A DNA stretch of 64,000 bases from Haliotis cracherodii (Eukaryota). The DNA is taken from contig NW_027266343.1 of the NCBI RefSeq assembly GCF_022045235.1, forward strand, positions 44,702,001 through 44,766,000, written 5' to 3'. Below, piece after piece: positions 55,639 to 64,000 of the stretch; positions within the stretch are counted from its first letter, which is position 1; every line of letters begins with the position of its first letter. The position numbers were made by a program, and so were the translations under genes. The notes beneath the pieces were generated by a model, which searched no databases, was not told the origin of the DNA, and was given only the letters and a program-made list of their open reading frames with translations.

Positions 55639-58600
55639 CTACCACAATCTTGGCAGCAAGCTTTTGAAAGTTGTAACCGTCCCCTTCACATAAGATGAGA
55701 ATGTCCAGGGTTTCTTGTCACTATCTGAGCCTTCCTGGGATGGAGCCTTATTAGTTTTGTCCTTCGTTTTCCCAGTTTCAGATGAATACCAGGACTGGAA
55801 CCAGTAGCCAGACTTCGGCACCAATTCTTCACTCAGCCAATCCAGTGCCTTAAGCAAGTCACCTTGACCCTCAGGCATCACTGCTGAACATCCAAATATG
55901 TTCATTTCTGAAAAAGAAATGTCACTTTTCCATCAATATAGACCACAATATGATATTCAGTCAGCATGGATATAATTGTCATTGTTGTCATGATCACTAT
56001 TTGTCATGAGCACTTAAAACATAAGCAGTAAGTTTGCCTCTTAATAATGGTTATTCCAGTTAGATTTCTAGGGCCCCAAGTACCCGTGGATACTTGTACA
56101 TTGTATGAGAGACAAGATGGACACTGAGAAGGCAGAAAATTCAATTTAAACATTTAACAGCTCAGTGTAGATCATATTTAGCACTACAATGACTAATTGC
56201 AGATCTACATACATGTAGATACTTTTTATATATACACTTCCAGAATTTAACTATATTACTGATTGCTATATCGTTATGCTTTAAGGTCGATATTAACACT
56301 TCAAACCAATGACCCCCCCTAGATTCTGGGGAAGAATAGGTTCGCAGTGCCAAAAGCTTGTCTCCCTTGGGTCACCAGAGTAGAAAATTCACTCCAAATT
56401 CACAATTTACTAAGGAGGCATGTAGAGCAAACACTCACCGTAGATATTTTGACAGCTTATGAGTGAAACTTAATTTCTCAGTTAGTGTGCACATGTTTTG
56501 GCAAAGCGATGAACAAGTGTGTATTTAATACATACTTCCCCCAATATCTAATATGTAGCGACATTCCAATGAAGACGTCTCAGAGCTATGATGTCAGCCA
56601 ACAAGGTCACAATGCAGCGACGTCATAGTGAACGAAACACTTTGGCGCCGTTCTCATTCATGGCCCATGACATCATACTGCTTTTATCACAACACACAGG
56701 CTTAGACCGATGACATAATGTCATACCACACTGCTTGTATGATAACAAACGGACTTAGATCCCTGACATAAGCCCATACTGCTTCTATGACAACGGACAA
56801 ACAGACCCATGACATAAGCTCATACTGCTTGTATGACAACGGACAGAGCGTCCCATGACATAAGCTCATACTGCGTGTATGACAACGGACAAACAGACCC
56901 ATGACATAAGCTCATACTGCTTGTATAACAACCAACAGAGACCTATGACATAAGCTCATACTGCTTGTATGACAACGGACAGAGCGTCCCATGACATAAG
57001 CTCATACTGCTTGTATGACAACGGACAATCAGACCCATGACATAAGCTCATACTGCTTGTATGACAACGGACAAACAGACCCATGACATAAGCTCATACT
57101 GCTTGTATGACAACCAACAGAGACCTATGACATAAGCTCATACTGCTTGTATGACAACGGACAAACAGACCCATGACATAAGCTCATACTGCTTGTATGA
57201 CAACGGACAATCAGACCCATGACATAAGCTCATACTGCTTGTATGACAACGGACAAACAGACCCATGACATAAGCTCATACTGCTTGTATGACAACGGAC
57301 AGAGAGTCCCATGACATAAGCTCATACTGCTTGTATGACAACGGACAGAGCGTCCCATGACATAAGGTCATACTGCTTGTATGACAACGGACAGAGTCCC
57401 ATGACATAAGCTCATACTGCTTGTATGACAACAGACAGAGAGACCCATGATATAAGTTCACACTGCTTGTATGACAACGGACAGAGCGTCCCATGACATA
57501 AGCTCATACTGCTTGTATGACAACAGACAGAGAGTCCCATGACATAAGCTCATACTGCTTGTATGACAACAGACAGAGCGTCCCATGACATAAGCTCATA
57601 CTGCTTGTATGAAAAGGGACAGAGAGTCCCATGATACAAGCTCATACTGCTTGTATGACAACAGACAAACAGACCAATGACATAAGCTCATACTGCTTGT
57701 ATGACAACCAACAGAGACCTATGACATAAGCTCATACTGCTTGTATGACAACAGACAAACAGACCCATGACATAAGCTCATACTGCTTGTATGACAACGG
57801 ACAAACAGACCCATGACATAAGCTCATACTGCTTGTATGACAACAGACAAACAGACCCATGACATAAGCTCATACTGCTTGTATGACAACCAACAGAGAC
57901 CTATGACATAAGCTCATACTGCTTGTATGACAACGGACAAACAGACCCATGACATAAGCTCATACTGCTTGTATGACAACAGACAAACAGACCCATGACA
58001 TAAGCTCATACTGCTTGTATGACAACCAACAGAGACCCATGACATAAGCTAAGCTGACATTGCCTGCAGATCCTGACTAAAACTAAAACAGAAACACACT
58101 CACTTTTCCCAGAAGGTCTTTGCTCACATAATTTGTTGTAGTTCATTTTTTCCTTGATTTCCTCCACACTCATGGCCGAGCCCAAGTCCTGCTTGTTGGC
58201 CAGGAGCAAAATCACAGCCTCTCCCAGCTCTGGTTCCATCACCAATCTCTTCACCTCATCAGCCATCTCTTCAAGCCTGTCCTGATCAGTGCTGTCTATG
58301 ACAAACATGAGTGCCGATGCTCCAGGGAAGTAGTGTCGGTACAAGCTCCGCTGGAAAAGAGGAAGAGAGGAGGAGGATTGAACAAACTACTGCTTCTTTG
58401 GTATCTTCAGACAAGGACCATACTTGATTAGGGGTGACTATTGGTCTGGAAATCACTATTGCGATAATTATTGATAGTTTTCAGTGTATCATTTTAGATG
58501 GATTTTAGAGTTGAATTAAACCTTGGAACTGTAGTTTCCTTTGAATGTGATAACCATAACAACAATAGAAAGTAAAGTTCGAGATACGACTGATTTGTTT

Positions 58601-61600
58601 TTTCTTTACCCTAATAATTTAAGAAAAAGAAACTTCAACATTAGCATGTGTAAATTACTACCACTCATGATCAAAAGAAAAACAAATTTGAACAGCATTG
58701 CATGTACAATCGAAACTATCAATATTCCTAATTGAAATCAATACTATTGATCGTCAACTAATTACACAATCGATTTATTGACTTTATGTGCTTACCAATA
58801 GCAATTTATCGATATTTCGATTTATCGTGACACTTTATACTTGATACTGTTAATCTGGACAGTTTTGCAAGCAAGAAAGTATTGCAAAATGTGCGCATGA
58901 CACACACTTGCAATAGTTTTATGATGCAGTCATTTTTCAGACCAACAAGAAACAATGATGTAAAGATGCATATTTCTTTTGTTTACTTCTACACATTGTC
59001 AAATCAGCCAATGCATGATTGATTAAATAATATACTCAATTACACATTGTCCTCAGTGTCAAAAGTTTAATCAGGAAAGTTCACTTAGCTGTCACATCTC
59101 ATCAAATTGTTTACATGCCACTGACTAGTCTAGACATAAGCCAGCCAGTTCTTTACTGTTGAATAAACCCTACTCCAACTACAACCACACATGCACCTAT
59201 AGTCAAAGAATTACTGACTGACCTTGGGTTATCATTTCACCGAAGGGTTAAAATCTACAGTATTTGTAGAAATACCTCACAATCTACTTTACAAATACTG
59301 TAGATTGTACTTCAAATGTCTTTCTACAATTGTTAAATTATGTGGTGTCGTTGCTGGAGTGTGTAAATACATTATGACGTCACAGTTGTAATTTATGACG
59401 TCATAAGTATGACGTCATTCATATATCATTGTCAGTTACACTGAAGAGCTGTCATGAGAAAGTCAAAGTACTATGTCTGAAACTGATAAAAACAAGATGT
59501 TGGACTAACATGGTCTTTGTTTTTTATATATTACATGTACACTGAGTGAACATTCGTATGCCTCGTTTTAGTGTGTATGCATATATATACTCTTGTACCA
59601 TCATTTGTCGTTTTTCAGAGAAATAAACTGAAACTGAACCAAGAAGCTTCCTATTTATATACTACTCAAAAGAAGTTAAGGATCACCAGATTCTTTCATA
59701 ATGGTAAAACAAATCTGTCACGACATGAGAGATTACCTATAATTTTTCATGGCGCCACCCTTTCAGTACTTGTACGATGTACAGTTTGGACAAGCTGCAT
59801 CAGACATGTCATATGTAACCATAGTAACATAAGTTTAATGCTGAACATTTCTTCTTTCAATATTTGGGAAAATATAATGTGGCCAAAATTATATCTTGCC
59901 CAATACTTATTTTCATTGTTTTATATACCCAGTTCATATTCTATAGTATTCAGCCATGATCTAATACTTGCTTCAGAATTCCTTGTCTCAAAAGCCATTG
60001 TGATGCAGGAATAAACATAAACTGCACAGAGGGACTGTTATTGTCATTGTCTATTCATTTCAGAAATTAGGGCTGGAACGGAGAACTCGGGTACTCGGGT
60101 GGGTCCTGTCGTTAGTCACCTGATATATTGTTTAATGACAAAAATTCACTATAGCTCAATGGTTAAACTACAAGTCACTAATGTTCGCCTTTCCGTCTTA
60201 CGATGCACACATTCCTTTTGACTTGTATATGTCTGACTACAGATAAAGCTTCAGTTAACTTCAGTGTACGCACGATCTGATCGTTTGATACATGTACCTA
60301 AAGAGTTTTGGCCAGGGCTGCGGTAAAACAATTCCCAATCAGACATTTTGTTCTCAACTCTTGAGACCTGCAGTGGGTACCCGGGTAGGGTCGGGTAGTA
60401 GGGGGTCAGGTATCTAGGTAGTAAATCTGGACTCGTCCCAACCCTATCAGAAATCAGTAACCTAAACAGTGAAACCATCAAGTCTTTCACTTTAGGCAAG
60501 GAAACAAACAACTGCCTCGTCAAAATGGATTACAGTGAAAACCTAATTCATTCAACAATCCACATTCCCGAAAAGCCCTCAACATGCAATTTTTTTCTAC
60601 ATGGTAAATGTGTTTGACAATTGTCCAGAGCAATGTTATTAAAACTACTTACAACTTTGTCCCTCCCGCCGACATCCCACGCTGCTATACTGATATTCTT
60701 ATGTGTAAAATGCTCCACATTAAAACCTGAAATAAAACACAGCGTATAAATGTGCATGGTTATGTTACGGGTTCTTACATGACATGCAAAAAATATCACT
60801 AATACCTATCATCACTGATCATGTCAACATACAATATGTACAAGATAACATGGGCGTCACAATAAAACATGCTGTGTAGATGCTCTAATGGGATCTGCTT
60901 TTCTGACCCAGAGTTATGACCCGTGAAGATTCGAATTGGTCTTCAGCAACCAATGCTTGTTGTAAGAGGTGACTGAAGGGACTGGGTAATCAGACTCGCT
61001 GACTTGGTTGCTGCATGTAATCGTGTCCCAATTGCGTGGATCGATGCTCATGATATCAATCACTGGATTGTCAGGTCCAGACTGGATGATTTACAGACCA
61101 CTGTCATATAGCTAGAATATATCTGAGTGTGGCATTAAACACCAAACATTAACATGATTAAACCAAACTCACTCTCCAAGATAACCAAAGTCATAACCAT
61201 GATAACGTATCTACATAGCATTATCATGATTATATTTACACAATAAACATAGCCTTGTACTTGCCTACTGTTAGAGTGTTGATATTCTGAGACAAAAGTT
61301 GAGTAAATTAATATCACTACTGCTACTTACCTATCAAAATACTAAACAAACAAGACAAAAACTGAGTAGGGCTCACTAATACCCTCGACTTCGATTCCAA
61401 CATACATGATGTATTTCTGAGTTCAAAACATGAAATCAAACTTTGCACTGCACCTCTCCTATTGGCATAGAAACTGTATACCCAATTGAAAAGAATCCAT
61501 GAAGTATTTTTTCAGTTATAGCTTGCATAAATGTAAAAGTAAAAAAAATATTCTAATTTCAAGAAATGCAAACACTGGTAAAGAATCATTTTTTTCAGAA

Positions 61601-63175
61601 AATACACATATCAAAATTTAACTTTGCACTGCATCTCTTCTATTAGTATGGAAACTGGTCCCTAAATTTGAAAATAATCCATGCAACAGTTTTCAAGTTA
61701 TGGATTACATATATGTGCATGTAAAAAAATTAATTAAAAGCTGCACCTCTCCTATAGGTATAAAAGGTGTTTACCAAATTTGAAAAAAATCTATGAAGTA
61801 GTTTTCAAGTTATCATGGTTATAGGTCACACACAAAAATGTCCTCAGAAGGAGGGAGGAAATTCCTTGGTATAACAATATACCCCTGTGCCCCTTTAGGT
61901 CGGGGCACAAAAAACATATCCAAACATACACACATACCAATTGTAGGAATGGTTGTCACCACTTCTCCTTGCGTTAGGATGTACAGAATGGTTGTTTTTC
62001 CAGCAGCATCAAGACCTAATGCAAGAAAGAAGATTGTGTTGAACATGTTAAAGATGACAGACCAAAGCAGATAGGCATGGAATGCACTTTTCTATTCTAC
62101 AGCCTCATGTTGATCTTCAATCAGGTGACTTCTAGTTCTGTTTGTAACCTTGGTAATGTCCCCGGCTTTGAAGAATTCCAAGGGAACATGGTTATACAGT
62201 AGTGAAAAGCAGCCAATTAGAGGTTGGCTCTAAAATAAAATTAGCAATCCTCCCCTTATTCTGTTCACATCTGTGACAAGAAGGGATAGGGATTAGCTGA
62301 GTTTGGTCAAATATATGGTATTCAAATGCAGTGGGGAGAAATCATTGCCTGTAGCTGACATGAGTGATGAGGTTCAACAGTAGCCTAGTCAGTATGTTAT
62401 TGTCTTGCATGTTAATTGGGTCCCAACAGAGCTCTCAGCCAGTCAGACACAATCACGGTTCTGGCTATTGTTCACCCAGCCCTTATTGGAGGGCATGGCT
62501 CATTTATAAAACTTACCCTCAGATTCAGCTCATAAAGTGCAAGTATCATCATGGTTTGGTACAACTTTGCAGAACTGGATACATTTTGTAAAATTGGAAA
62601 TTCAAATATCGCATTGGCACGTAAATAAGGTTAATTTACTCCTTAGCAGTGGCTATCAATTTAAAAACATCAACGTAAGCAGGGGCTTTATATATAAAGG
62701 CTCGATATACAAAGGAAATACAGTAGGGTAACGCAAATATTAGCACTATGAAAATGAACATTAAACTGAGCACACTAACCATTCCAACTAAAAGTTTCTC
62801 ATAACGTCAAATTAAATAATATATTTTTATGTAACAAATTTTTAAAAAAAAACCCCACAGAACTGTCAACTGTCATGATCTATGGAGAAAGGGCCAGGGG
62901 TCTAAATCGTCAAAACTTGACCCTACTGTTGAGCTAGCCAAGAGCCGCGATACCTGGCATTGGGCCAGTGCAGGAAACATTTTCTTGACTATCAGATCTC
63001 GCCGAATAGTCTTGCCCCACATGCTCGGCTAATCATGAACAAGGGGCATCGGTAGTTGTGCCATCTGAAATGAATGTTCTAAGTATGTAAAACAGCAGAT
63101 CTACGCACCAAATATAATAATTTTCATATCTTTCTTCCACCCGAGTGTCGCAAGTTTACAGAGAGAATGTCCCAT
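55639..63175 (-). CDS. Arf-like small GTPase paralog D; exons 63175-63109, 62015-61938, 60726-60653, 58350-58104, 55907-55639
   Basis: [57 protein letters not shown]. Same intron positions as A-C. Confidence 0.93.
56663..58050. repeat. 44-46-bp minisatellite, about 30 copies, in intron 4 of paralog D
   Basis: Unit CCATGACATAAGCTCATACTGCTTGTATGACAACGGACAAACAGAC with variants. Confidence 0.96.
61348..61916 (+). mobile_element. Helentron/HINE-like non-autonomous element with internal degenerate repeats
   Basis: AAACAAGA start, three degenerate TGCACCTCTCCTAT...GAAAA.AATCCATG repeats, and a 3' hairpin TGTGCCCC...GGGGCACA followed by an A run. Confidence 0.55.
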
Positions 63176-64000
63176 TTTCGTCGTTCTCTATGTAGTTTTA
63201 AACGTAAAAGTTTGTCCGTTTGACCGTAGTACTCCTCCAAAGTCAGCAGTTTCATTCACAGTCATCAGGATATAAACGCCTAACCCGCCACGCCTTCTCC
63301 GTCACTGTTTACACGCGGCAAGCTCCTCACAGCGATAGTCCGTTCGCGGAGCTCTCTTATACTATGTTACCGAGCGTGTAACGAAGGTGTCACGCGCTGG
63401 GAAGGAGCTTGATGTTTCGCAAGACGCGATGGCCGGAAGTGATGTAAAAACCGAATTTACTAACCGAACAAAACCGAACAAAGTTGTTCACGCCAACAAA
63501 ATGTGTACTCGCTACCGACTAGTTATCGTTATTTTTTACGTGTTATTTCTGAAGTATTCCGTGTATAAAGTTGACTATACCACTAACTTTGATTTTTCGT
63601 GTCTGTCAGATACCATTTATCTAACAATGATTATCCATAACTATTTACTTTTGATTTCACGATATATTCAGGTTATACAATATTTGTAAAATAGATAAAT
63701 TAGTTTTTAGAATTGTATTTTGGGGGATGACAAAAGTTAATGTGAATCATCGTGGGTGAAGTTTTGTTTACACATGTGTCTTTTCTGAAGTTGTATTCTA
63801 GCAATGTGCTTATAAGGTGTTTTCAATATTTTCTAACACGAGTCAGTTTTGTTATTAATGTTCGTATCAAAATATTTCTCTCTTCTAATGAAAACAAGGG
63901 GGCACGGGTGGCTCAGTCGTCTAAAGCGCCGCTATTCGCTGTGCAGAGTTGCGTCCCATGGGCACGCCAGAAACCTATGATTATGAGTTCGAATCCCGGT

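Noticed and set aside
56663-58050. Constant repeat with short variable segments resembling a CRISPR array
   Set aside because: The variable parts are about 10-nt point variants of each other, not unique spacers.
62954-63064. Candidate extra exon in paralog D intron 1 (TTTCAG|ATG...CAG|GTATC)
   Set aside because: The preceding intron would be only about 44 nt and the continuing frame hits a stop; exon 1 joins exon 2 cleanly without it.
63387-63689. 100-aa plus-strand ORF at the right end
   Set aside because: It starts inside the mini-MITE, runs into AT-rich sequence and has no recognisable domain; a divergent gene cannot be excluded but is unsupported.

Overview
AT-rich, intron-rich animal genomic DNA; gene content and repeats suggest a mollusc, probably a gastropod (inference). 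Genes reconstructed by hand from splice sites: a possible first coding exon of a divergent minus-strand gene (537-723); LYAR (+, six coding exons, 2321-9005); an intronless GT10 alpha-1,3-fucosyltransferase (-, 16248-17414); an intronless multiple-cysteine-cluster Toll-like receptor (-, 21604-23628); and a head-to-tail array of four 5-exon Arf-like small GTPase paralogs (-, 30586-33927, 39688-43589, 45147-48828, 55639-63175) with an intronless MGC-starting orphan ORF (51555-52124) inside the array. The main finding is the Arf-like array. All four copies have Arg where Arfs have the catalytic switch-II Gln (WDVGGR in three, IDGGQR in the fourth). All four also carry a C-terminal extension ending in a conserved, probably amphipathic motif, and they share promoter motifs. 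Non-coding DNA holds two tRNA-headed SINE families, a headless retroposon with a precise, pseudoknot-forming 5' end, a 5S-like SINE remnant, decayed LINEs, several MITEs and many tandem repeats. No database searches were run.
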